From: Candidatus Sungiibacteriota bacterium
GTDB lineage: Bacteria > Patescibacteriota > Minisyncoccia > Sungbacterales > HO2-52-23
Reading direction: 5' to 3'
NCBI GenBank assembly: GCA_016181585.1
Contig: JACOYX010000015.1
Span: 8,152-72,151 of the forward strand
Length of the DNA: 64,000 bases
Part shown: positions 28,439-36,623 of the stretch, in pieces
How positions within the stretch are numbered: position 1 is the first letter of the stretch
Layout of the letters: each line of letters starts with the position of its first letter
Notes under the pieces: model-generated
The model's input: only the letters and a program-made list of their open reading frames with translations
The model's database searches: none
What the model was told of the DNA's origin: nothing
Program-made: the position numbers and the translations under genes

Positions 28439-29683
28439 ATGGAAAAACCCATATTTACATCTTTGTCTCCCAATGTTGAAGGCGATGATATACTGCGATC
28501 ACTTATCTATTTTTGCATGCCGTGGAAATGGCGAACGGGGAGTTATCCGGCAAAAATTGAAGAGGAATTTCGTGTTCGGCTCGGCGTGCCATTTGCCTAT
28601 TCATTTGAGAGCGGACGCAGTGCGCTCTGTGCTATTTTAAATCAACTCGGGCTTCGTTCGGGTGATGAAGTTATCGTGCAAGCGTTTACTTGTGTTGCGG
28701 TTCCCAATGCCGTGCTGTGGGCCGGCGCGAAACCTGTTTATGCGGATATCGACGCCCGGACATTCAACATATCTTTGGGCGAATTTGAAAAAAAAATTAT
28801 GCCGCATACCCGCGCGGTGATTATCCAGCATACGTTTGGTTTTCCCGCAGATATGCAAAAAATTATTGCAATCGCGCATGCGCATAATATTTTTGTGATA
28901 GAGGACTGTGCGCATGCGCTGGGGGTTTTTTATCAAGGCCGGCCGATGGGCACGTTCGGGGATGCCGCTTTTTTTAGTTTTGGCCGCGATAAGGTGCTCT
29001 CTTCGGTGTTTGGGGGAGTTGCGGTGACACGCGACGAAGCGCTCGGGGGAAAACTGGCATCTTTCCAAAAAACGCTTCCAAAAGCAAATCTTTCTTGGGC
29101 GGCAAAACAGATAATTCATCCGGCGCTTACCGCTTTTATCCGTTCAACGCATTGCAAATGTGCCGGGAAAATAGGCAAGATTTTTTTGAAGTTTTTGCTG
29201 GGATTGCGGATTATCACCAAAGCGGTTATGCCCGAAGAAAGAAAGGGTGGCCAGCCTCGGTGGATTTTGCGCCAAATGCCAAATGCGCTTGCGGCGTTTG
29301 CTTATTATCAAATGCAAAAACTCGAGCGTTTTAATAGCCATCGAAGAAAAATTGCTTTGCGTTACCGCGAACTTCTGGCGGGTATTTTGGCACAACCCCT
29401 AAACCCGGATGCCATCTATCTTCGCTATGCTATTCGCCTGCCGAATAAAGAAAATATTTTTTTGAAAGCAAAAAAGCGCGATATATTTTTAGGAGACTGG
29501 TATGGGCAGGGAGTGGCGCCAGCAGGAGTGGATTACCGCGCAATAGGATATGATCCCGCTTCATGCCCTGAAGCTGAAAAGGCGGCGCGAAAAGTTATTA
29601 ATTTGCCGACGGATATACATATTGGCGAAAAGGAGGTTGAAAGAATTGTAAAATTTTTGAGAAATAATACCGAATTAGTCTAA
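28439..29683 (+). CDS. DegT/DnrJ/EryC1/StrS-family PLP aminotransferase
   Basis: Family-wide pattern incl. IEDCAHALG and FSFGRDK (PLP lysine). Confidence 0.88.
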   Translation: MEKPIFTSLSPNVEGDDILRSLIYFCMPWKWRTGSYPAKIEEEFRVRLGVPFAYSFESGRSALCAILNQLGLRSGDEVIVQAFTCVAVPNAVLWAGAKPVYADIDARTFNISLGEFEKKIMPHTRAVIIQHTFGFPADMQKIIAIAHAHNIFVIEDCAHALGVFYQGRPMGTFGDAAFFSFGRDKVLSSVFGGVAVTRDEALGGKLASFQKTLPKANLSWAAKQIIHPALTAFIRSTHCKCAGKIGKIFLKFLLGLRIITKAVMPEERKGGQPRWILRQMPNALAAFAYYQMQKLERFNSHRRKIALRYRELLAGILAQPLNPDAIYLRYAIRLPNKENIFLKAKKRDIFLGDWYGQGVAPAGVDYRAIGYDPASCPEAEKAARKVINLPTDIHIGEKEVERIVKFLRNNTELV

Positions 29684-29790
29684 TTGTTCTAATAGACCTG
29701 CTGATTAAATCCCGATGATCCAATATGAAAAACCAAAAAATTACAGACATTAGATGTTTTAGCATTTTGTAATTGATTAGAACAATTAGA
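29679..29790. repeat. F1-containing palindromic element, 112 bp
   Basis: Outer inverted repeat TCTAATTGTTCTAAT / ATTAGAACAATTAGA enclosing TAGACCTGCTGATTAAA. Overlaps the stop of the DegT gene. Confidence 0.7.
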
Positions 29791-29809
29791 TCCATTAGAA
29801 ATTGTACAC

Positions 29810-30850
29810 ATGTATTTGATTTCAGAAGTAAAATCAAAAGAGCTTTGGGATAGTTTTCTTGCCGAGGCCAAGCCTCATACTTTTTTACACTCATGGAATT
29901 GGGGAGAATTTCAGCGTGAGTCTGAAGTGAACATTTGGCGGTTTGGCGTTTACAACGGCAACAGGCTTACCGCATTAATGCTTGTTTTGCGCATTGATGC
30001 GCGGCGAGGATCTTTTTTATTTTGTCCGCATGGGCCAATTTTTTTGGATCAAGAATCAGGAATAAGGAATCAAGCGGTTGAGTTTGTGTTCAAAGCATTG
30101 GTTGTTCGCTTAAAGGAACTTGCCAAAAAAGAAAATGTCGGTTTTATCCGCATAAGTTCTTTATTGTCAGATTCTTCGTATCATAGGTCGCTTTTTTATA
30201 ACCTTGGATTTCGGCGATCGCCGATTCATATGCATCCGGAACGCGCATGGATGCTTGATTTATCGCGGTCTGAAGACGAATTATTAAAAAGCATGCGCAA
30301 ACAGACGCGTCATTGTATTCGAAATGCCGCTATGGCAGGAGTTGCGGTCAGCCAAAGTACCGATTCGCGCGATATTGGCGAATTTTACAAAATCTACAAG
30401 GCAACGGTGGCGCGGCAGGATTTTGTGCCGTTTTCCCGCGAATATCTTGAAAAAGAATTCTCTCTATTTGCAAAAGACGGACAAGCGGCGGTTTTTCTGG
30501 GGAGATATAACGGAGAGGTGATATCCGGCGCCATTGTGATATTTGCTAATGGTTCGGGGTTTTACCATCACGGCGCTTCGAATCCGCAATTTGCAAAAGT
30601 GCCTGCGGCGCATCTCCTGCAGTGGGAAATTATCCGCGAAGCTAAAAAACGCGGCTTTTTGTGGTATAATTTCTGGGGAGTGGCGCCTGAAAATGCAGTG
30701 CGGCACCCTTGGGCTGGACTCTCGCTTTTTAAAAAGGGATTTGGCGGCTCAAGCGAAGAATATATTCCTGCACAAGATCTTGTATTGAAACCAGTGTATT
30801 GGATAACCTATTGTGTTGAGCGAATAAGAAGATGGAAGAGGGGACTTTAA
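29810..30850 (+). CDS. FemAB-family peptidoglycan interpeptide-bridge aminoacyltransferase
   Basis: HSWNWGEF N-terminus, GAS..FAK..A..LLQWEIIREAKKRG, YNFWG. Confidence 0.85.
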   Translation: MYLISEVKSKELWDSFLAEAKPHTFLHSWNWGEFQRESEVNIWRFGVYNGNRLTALMLVLRIDARRGSFLFCPHGPIFLDQESGIRNQAVEFVFKALVVRLKELAKKENVGFIRISSLLSDSSYHRSLFYNLGFRRSPIHMHPERAWMLDLSRSEDELLKSMRKQTRHCIRNAAMAGVAVSQSTDSRDIGEFYKIYKATVARQDFVPFSREYLEKEFSLFAKDGQAAVFLGRYNGEVISGAIVIFANGSGFYHHGASNPQFAKVPAAHLLQWEIIREAKKRGFLWYNFWGVAPENAVRHPWAGLSLFKKGFGGSSEEYIPAQDLVLKPVYWITYCVERIRRWKRGL

Positions 30851-30855
30851 TAATG

Positions 30856-30968
30856 CAAAAAGCAAAATGACAGTTCAAAATGTTAAAATTATATAAATTC
30901 ATTCCGCCCGCCCGCGGCGGGCTGGATACCAAACTTTCACTTTCATTTTTATATTTTAATTTTTTAAC
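30856..30968. repeat. F2 element (AT-rich AAAATG arms + GC hairpin)
   Basis: Arms GCAAAATGACAGTTCAAAATGTTAAAATT / CTTTCATTTTTATATTTTAATTTTT. Core CCGCCCGCCCGCGGCGGGCTGG. Confidence 0.6.
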
Positions 30969-31862
30969 GTGCGCAATCGCGTTGTCTATAATCCGCGTGA
31001 GCGGAAGAAGTATAAACAGCCTTCTAAAATACGTTGGAAGGCTCTTTTGGCTGCCGCGATACTGCTTGCGCTCACGGCAGGGGTTGTTTATACAATTCGT
31101 CTCCCGCGTTTTCAAATAGGCATCATTTCGATTTCAGGGAATCAAGCAGTGAATGAAGAAATAATTCGCGGAAGCATTACTGATTTGATCCAAGGAAACT
31201 ATGCTTTTATTCTCCCGCGAAGTTTTGTTTTGTTTTTGCAGGAGGAAGAAATTGCCTCAGCGCTTAAAAAAGATTTTCCGCTTATTGAGCATGCGGAAGT
31301 GAAAAAGCAATATCCCGATTCTCTGGCCGTCCATATTACCGAGCGGAAGCTTTTTGCTATTTTTTGCAACGGAGGCGTTGAGCCAAAAAAAGAAATTTCC
31401 AATATTGGCACCTCGTCCCCCGAAACAGCAGTGAATGCAAAAGAGAGCGGCGAAGGGGAGATCCAATGCGTTTATATCGACAAAAACGGGTTTGCGTACG
31501 ATACGGCGCCTCGTTCTTCCGGCACTCTGATCACCCGCATTACGGCGTCTCAAAAGGAGCTTCCCGTGCCGTCGCAAGTGATGGGCGGAGAGCTTGTAAA
31601 GAAGATGGAATATATCGCCGCGTATCTGCCGGAAACCATCCAAGAGCGCGTCGCGGGTTTTGAATTTATCCCCGAAATTCGCGGCGAATTCAAGGTGAAA
31701 ACGCGCACCGGCTTCACGCTTCTTTTGAGGGAAGAGGACGATCCGGAAAAGATGCTCAAGATTTTAAAAACGGTGCTTGAAAGCGAGGTGAAGGATAAAA
31801 GAAAGGCGCTGGATTATGTGGATTTGAGGTTTGGAAATAAAGTTTTTTTTAAGTGGAAATAA
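30969..31862 (+). CDS. ftsQ: FtsQ/DivIB-like cell-division protein (POTRA)
   Basis: GTG start, basic N-terminus, TM helix, I..I.ISGN POTRA start. Confidence 0.65.
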   Translation: MRNRVVYNPRERKKYKQPSKIRWKALLAAAILLALTAGVVYTIRLPRFQIGIISISGNQAVNEEIIRGSITDLIQGNYAFILPRSFVLFLQEEEIASALKKDFPLIEHAEVKKQYPDSLAVHITERKLFAIFCNGGVEPKKEISNIGTSSPETAVNAKESGEGEIQCVYIDKNGFAYDTAPRSSGTLITRITASQKELPVPSQVMGGELVKKMEYIAAYLPETIQERVAGFEFIPEIRGEFKVKTRTGFTLLLREEDDPEKMLKILKTVLESEVKDKRKALDYVDLRFGNKVFFKWK

Positions 31863-31872
31863 AATTTTGTAT

Positions 31873-32026
31873 GCGGCTTTCTCGGCATTGTCTTTCTGCG
31901 GTCCGCTTGTCCGCCCAGCGGCGGACTCGCTAAGGGATCGTCGGGTTTTCATGCGAGTACGCATGAACCATGCAAACCCGACGATCCAATTACCGCAGAA
32001 AGACAATGCCGAGGTCGCTATTTTTA
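31873..32026 (+). ncRNA. candidate ~150-nt Y-shaped structured RNA or elaborate ftsQ 3' terminator
   Basis: 21-bp perfect closing stem (31881-31901 / 31993-32013). Two arms: GTCCGCC-CAGC-GGCGGAC (31909-31926) and a 13-bp stem (31936-31948 / 31974-31986) capped by CATGCG-AGTA-CGCATG. Followed by TATTTTT. Strand tentative. Confidence 0.45.
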
Positions 32027-32067
32027 CATTTTCTTTCCTGTTGTGTGTGGATGATGTGATGATTGGA

Positions 32068-32100
32068 AGAAAAAAATCAGCCCTATCCGTGGATAGGGCT
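32068..32100 (-). terminator. intrinsic terminator of the ncRNA candidate
   Basis: Minus strand: AGCCCTAT-CCACGG-ATAGGGCT followed by GATTTTTTT. Confidence 0.8.
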
Positions 32101-32442
32101 TTAAACGTTTTTACCTCTTCTTTCAAGAAAGAGCAAAAAATGGGCGAGGCGCTGTTATGTGGGAAGCGCTATCAGCGGCCTCGCCCGCGATCAGCCGATC
32201 AGACTCTTGGGCATTATTATCCCAGGAGATATCGGCTGGAGCCACCTACTCCCGCCATGCGCGTACAAAAAATATGGCCGGGGAGTAGATGAAAGGACAC
32301 GAGTCGGGCGGCGCATGAGCGTATCGCCCGACTCTGCAAAAGGAACCCGGTTTCAGGTTATTTTCCACCATCCGGGTGTGAGACGTTGAGTCTCGCCTTT
32401 CCCGCTTATCGCTAAGACGAGATATTCCTTTCGCCTTAGAAC
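32068..32442 (-). ncRNA. candidate ~375-nt structured ncRNA, class unknown
   Basis: Bounded by promoter TTGACT-N17-TATACT (32477..32449) and terminator 32100..32068. GC-rich. Perfect hairpins at 32142-32188, 32192-32238, 32246-32289, 32301-32334, 32345-32377, 32380-32394. No credible ORF. Confidence 0.6.
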
Positions 32443-32448
32443 CTCTCC

Positions 32449-32477
32449 AGTATAGCGCATTCCTATAAATAAGTCAA
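32449..32477 (-). promoter_or_regulatory. sigma70-type promoter TTGACT-N17-TATACT
   Basis: Reverse complement of 32441..32480 reads cacTTGACTtatttataggaatgcgcTATACTggagagg. Confidence 0.6.
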
Positions 32478-32561
32478 GTGAAATTTGGTATCATAGCAAA
32501 AAATGGCTTAGATAAGGCATTTTAGTATCTTCTCGACAAACTCGAAAAGTATTCACAAATA

Positions 32562-34373
32562 TTACGGCAATTTATATATAAATATTGAAGTTCCGGCGCG
32601 CGCGACGGGTTCGTATGGCTGAAGCCAGATATACGAATCTTCCGGTCCGCGGAAAAATCCGGGTGCGGTGTTTCCAAAAGTGCCCTGTTGGAATGTAGCG
32701 GAAATTGCAAACCAGCCGGATGCGGGACCTTTCGAAGATTGCCACGGCACAAACTTATCTCCCAAATAATATTTCGGATTGCTCCCGCCGAAATAATCCA
32801 CGGCAATAGTTTCTATGTTATTTTCTTCCACGAATTTGCGAAGGCGCAATAAGTCTTGCCCCCAATCGTAGTTGGAGTCAACCGCGATCTTGTATCCGTT
32901 TTTAGTGCCTCCGGCGAGTTCGTTGTAGAAACTCAAGAAATACGGATATGTTGCGATGGTTTCTGCGATAAGCCACAACACTAGTAAAGCAATCAAGCCG
33001 TATTTCGGTATTGTCGCAATAAATCTCCGCGAGAGCTCAAGAAAAACACTCATCATATTTTTTGGATTTACGGTAATGTGCATTTCCACCCATTCGGCGA
33101 GTTTTTTTCCTACCAAAAAATAAATAAAAGGAAACGTAGGGAGCACATGGCGCACCCCGATATTCAGCGGAGATATGACCGAACTTGCCCAATAGAGTGT
33201 AATAAACGAAATTGCGGAAAATTCGGTAAAGTGGGAGTGTATCCATTCTCCAATATCCGGCAATCCGTAGCCTGTTTTTTTGCGGCGGATATTTTGTATG
33301 CCGATCCAAAGCGCAAGGATCGTCAAAAGATGAAACGGCAGAGGCTCTTTATACAAATACATTACCGGAAAATATATACGGGATCCTGCGGCAGAAACTT
33401 CTCCCAAAAAATATGCCGTGTTTCCTCCGCTGGCACGCTGGGTTACCATCAAAAATCCTAGCATATATTGCCCGAGCGGGCGGGTGGCGGGATGCCGGAT
33501 GAAAAAAAGATCCAGCGAAGCAAGCGTTTTATTCGGATAAGATTCTAAAATAGCCTCCGTGTCGCGTAGTTGCTTTTCTTGCGGATAGTGCAGTACCAGC
33601 GGAATATATGCAATCCAGATAATCGCAATGCCAATACATCCGATTGCCGCTGTTTTTCCGGCAAGCGCAAAAAAATGTTTTATGCGTGCGTGCATGCGAA
33701 TTTGCGGTAGGGTAAGTGTCCACGTCAAAAGCATGATTCCATACAGCGGGATCAGGAGTACGAGTGAATATTTTAAAAGCTCTGCCATGCCGAAAAGTAA
33801 TCCGGCAATAAAAGTATTTTTCCATGTCGGATTTTCAAGAAACTTTAAAAACGCAATGAACCCGATAAAAAAGCCGAACGCCGCGCCGAGGTCGGTGGTA
33901 ACTAAGCGGCCATGCGCGAGAATGGTGGGGGAAAATGCAAAAAATATAAGGGTAAAAAGCGCGGTAAGGGGACCGAAGCGTTCGCGGGTCCAGCGCCACA
34001 AAAGCATAGCGAAAAAAAGCGTCAAGAGAATAAAAGGAACGCGCGACCAGAAAATTATGGCATCAGCGTTATTTCCGGATTCATATAAAAATATGCGGCC
34101 ATGATCCCACTGTCCGTTTATATCGCTCTGCCAAGCGCGAGTATCGGTGGGGAAATAGGGATTCACGGCAAGTTCCGCAAAAAGCGCGGAAACCATTTTC
34201 AAAAGCGGCGGATGTTCCGGATTGAGCCGTCCGTCAATTTGGGTGACATACCCGAACCCCGCGGGAATATGGGCAAGCTCATCCATGGTTGCCGAGTCGT
34301 TCCAGACCGATCCGAAAAGGAGAAGTGCTGTTAGGATAAGAATATAGGTAAGTGGTGATTTAAGTATGTGCAT
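32562..34373 (-). CDS. GT39/PMT-like (ArnT-type) lipid-carrier-dependent glycosyltransferase
   Basis: 603 aa polytopic; N-terminal loop MDELAHIPAGFGY (DE motif). Confidence 0.8.
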   Translation of the reverse strand: MHILKSPLTYILILTALLLFGSVWNDSATMDELAHIPAGFGYVTQIDGRLNPEHPPLLKMVSALFAELAVNPYFPTDTRAWQSDINGQWDHGRIFLYESGNNADAIIFWSRVPFILLTLFFAMLLWRWTRERFGPLTALFTLIFFAFSPTILAHGRLVTTDLGAAFGFFIGFIAFLKFLENPTWKNTFIAGLLFGMAELLKYSLVLLIPLYGIMLLTWTLTLPQIRMHARIKHFFALAGKTAAIGCIGIAIIWIAYIPLVLHYPQEKQLRDTEAILESYPNKTLASLDLFFIRHPATRPLGQYMLGFLMVTQRASGGNTAYFLGEVSAAGSRIYFPVMYLYKEPLPFHLLTILALWIGIQNIRRKKTGYGLPDIGEWIHSHFTEFSAISFITLYWASSVISPLNIGVRHVLPTFPFIYFLVGKKLAEWVEMHITVNPKNMMSVFLELSRRFIATIPKYGLIALLVLWLIAETIATYPYFLSFYNELAGGTKNGYKIAVDSNYDWGQDLLRLRKFVEENNIETIAVDYFGGSNPKYYLGDKFVPWQSSKGPASGWFAISATFQQGTFGNTAPGFFRGPEDSYIWLQPYEPVARAGTSIFIYKLP

Positions 34374-34384
34374 GATTATTAGAC

Positions 34385-36094
34385 TTATTCAAAATTCCTT
34401 AGCATCATAAAATCCTCCGGCACCCATGTTTTCAACAGAGGATTTTGTTTTTGGATGCGTGTGACAAGTGACATATCTTCCCCATTGGTGATAAAGATGG
34501 CGGTTTTTTCGTCGGCTGATATGCTTGAAAAGAGAGTATCGCTCACTTGAGCCGGTGCCAGGTACTCAATATTTTTCGCGCGGCGGCTTTCTTCGGTAAA
34601 AGAGCCGGACAAAAACATTACGGTTTGCGCAGGCATGGAAATACCGCGTACTTCGACACCGGAGTTATTGACTACGATATATTTTTTTATGTCGGGCGGC
34701 AGAGAGTTGAGATAATTTCCCATGTGGGCGAGATCGGTGGCAAATGCAGAGTAAGTATTCGGATTAGGCCCCCAACTGAAAAAATAGATATAGTATGTTT
34801 GAAAAGGAATCACCAAAAAGATGACGGCAAGGAAAAAAGAAAGTTCGCGCTGGATGCGGGAAATTTTCTGGCGCAGTTCTGAAAAATCTTCCTTTTTTCG
34901 TGAAAGCCAATTATACAATCCATAATAGAGCGATGTGGTGCCGAATGCGGCGAGAATCATGACCGGAGGAATGGTGCCGATAGCGCGAAGTGCGTGTGGA
35001 AGTCCCTCGCGCGTGAGCGTTGCGGGAAGCGTCATCATCATAAACCACACCAGCAAAATTCCCATTTCCCACTTAGCGGTTCCACTGCCAAGCGGGTTTG
35101 GGGTTTTGGCCTTTTTAAAAGGCGCAAGAAATGCAAAAAATATTCCGAGGGCAAACGAAGCCGCCACAAGCGGGTGGAGCTGGGGCGCACAATTGAAATT
35201 GTGCCGCCAATTGCAATCGCCCGAGAAAAAATACATGCCCAGTATCGACAAATTGGAGCGCATAAATTCTTTTATGGGGGAACCGGCGGAAAAAATCGAA
35301 ACTTGTTCGCTTCGTCCCACAAAATCTTGCGGATTTTGCAAAAAATAAATGCCGATAGGGAGTGCGGTGATAAAGGTAATAAAAAGAAACAGCGCCGCTG
35401 TACAAGGAGCGCAGTTTTTTATTATGGTGCTGGCGGTAAGTTTTCTCTCACGGAGCCATTGCCACAAGTACCAAATAATCGGCACTGCAATCACAAACGG
35501 CATAAAGCGGAAAGCGATATAGGTATGGAATCCAAGGCCCATGAAAATGCCGCCAAAAACCAAAGCGGAAATTTTCCCTGTGCGCAGTCCTTTCAAAAGA
35601 AAATAAAGCGCAAAGGTTGCAAAAAAGGGAACGGAAATCGCGCGAAACCCTATGCGGGAGAAATTGACGTGCCAATAATTTGTTGCGAGAAAAAAGGCAG
35701 AGAGAATTGCGACCAATTGTCCATACTCCAATCCGAATGCATGTTTTTGATCCTCTGTTCCTGATTTCCTGTCTCTGAAAAGTTCTTTTGCCAGAAGATA
35801 TATTCCTAAAATCGTTAACGTTCCGAATATGCCGGACACAGTGCGCAATGCCCATGCGGTATTGCCGAAAAGCCAGACCGAAAGCGCCTGGATATTAATA
35901 AAAAATCCCTCACGCCCATTGTTTTCAGGATAAAACCACTTAAATTCCCCGGTAGAGAGCGCTTCAAGAGCGTTGGAGCCATTCATTGCTTCGTCCGGAT
36001 AGAGCCCAAGCGGGAATTCTCCAATCCACCAAAAACGCAAAAACGCGCCGATAATGAGTACTGCTATAAGAAGTGTGAATTCTTTATTTTTCAT
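34385..36094 (-). CDS. GT39/ArnT-like glycosyltransferase
   Basis: 569 aa polytopic; LYPDEAMNGSNALE loop. Tandem with 32562..34373. Confidence 0.8.
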   Translation of the reverse strand: MKNKEFTLLIAVLIIGAFLRFWWIGEFPLGLYPDEAMNGSNALEALSTGEFKWFYPENNGREGFFINIQALSVWLFGNTAWALRTVSGIFGTLTILGIYLLAKELFRDRKSGTEDQKHAFGLEYGQLVAILSAFFLATNYWHVNFSRIGFRAISVPFFATFALYFLLKGLRTGKISALVFGGIFMGLGFHTYIAFRFMPFVIAVPIIWYLWQWLRERKLTASTIIKNCAPCTAALFLFITFITALPIGIYFLQNPQDFVGRSEQVSIFSAGSPIKEFMRSNLSILGMYFFSGDCNWRHNFNCAPQLHPLVAASFALGIFFAFLAPFKKAKTPNPLGSGTAKWEMGILLVWFMMMTLPATLTREGLPHALRAIGTIPPVMILAAFGTTSLYYGLYNWLSRKKEDFSELRQKISRIQRELSFFLAVIFLVIPFQTYYIYFFSWGPNPNTYSAFATDLAHMGNYLNSLPPDIKKYIVVNNSGVEVRGISMPAQTVMFLSGSFTEESRRAKNIEYLAPAQVSDTLFSSISADEKTAIFITNGEDMSLVTRIQKQNPLLKTWVPEDFMMLRNFE

Positions 36095-36110
36095 AGGAGT
36101 GATATACTTA

Positions 36111-36163
36111 AGACCTATCGCACTACGAAAGTTATTGAAGCTGTCTTTTTGTGCAGTAGGTCT
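36111..36163. repeat. F1 short element, 53 bp
   Basis: AGACCTATCGCAC TACGAAAGTTATT ... GTGCAGTAGGTCT. Confidence 0.75.
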
Positions 36164-36192
36164 TTATAGTATATTTATAATACAGAACTCCT

Positions 36193-36618
36193 ATGGATAC
36201 AACTAAAAGCCAAGAAGCGAATAATGCGCTTCAAGAAGAGATTCGCGTGCTTGAGCAAAAACTTGAACAAAAAAAACAAGAAGCGGGCGATGCGAACAAG
36301 GAAAAGCCTGAAAAAGAAATATTTCGCGAGGTACTGAAGGAGCACGTTGAATCGGTGCGAACACCGTCTGCTTCCACACCGTCTTTTCCTGCTTCTGCAG
36401 TGCCATTGCAGCCAGTATTGAAATCTGATGATAAAGCGAAAGCGGCGCAGGACGAGGAAATTCGCGCATTGGTGGAACTCGCACTGGCGAAATCTGTCGA
36501 ATACGCAGTACGTTTGGCGGAAAAAGAAAGTCCGTATCTTCTGGACGAATTACACGATCATTTGGCGGATGAATATTATGACAAGTTAGTACAACTGCGT
36601 AAAATTAATACCTTTTAA
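36193..36618 (+). CDS. hypothetical acidic coiled-coil protein
   Basis: 141 aa, E/K-rich helix, Pro/Ser linker. No family recognised. Confidence 0.55.
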   Translation: MDTTKSQEANNALQEEIRVLEQKLEQKKQEAGDANKEKPEKEIFREVLKEHVESVRTPSASTPSFPASAVPLQPVLKSDDKAKAAQDEEIRALVELALAKSVEYAVRLAEKESPYLLDELHDHLADEYYDKLVQLRKINTF

Positions 36619-36623
36619 TTTAA

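Noticed and set aside
32120-32400. RNase P RNA identity for the structured region. The plus strand contains GUAGAUGAAAGGAC and AAGGAACCCGGUUU, which resemble CR-IV (AGAUGAAUGAC) and CR-V (ACAGAACCCGGCUUA) with a P19-like hairpin between them.
   Set aside because: No GAGGAAAGUCCGGGC (CR-I) or GGUAAGAGC-type CR-II/III on either strand. The only CCGGG partner is in the wrong place. The promoter and terminator are on the other strand. It is kept as an unknown ncRNA and needs a covariance-model test.
31860-32560. tmRNA, SRP RNA or 6S RNA identity, and ORFs 31831..32292 and 31764..32126 as proteins.
   Set aside because: There is no tRNA-like acceptor/T-arm (GGUUCGA...CCACCA), no SRP GGAAGCAGC / GNRA domain IV and no tag-peptide frame. 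The ORF translations are R/P/C-rich nonsense crossing perfect hairpins.
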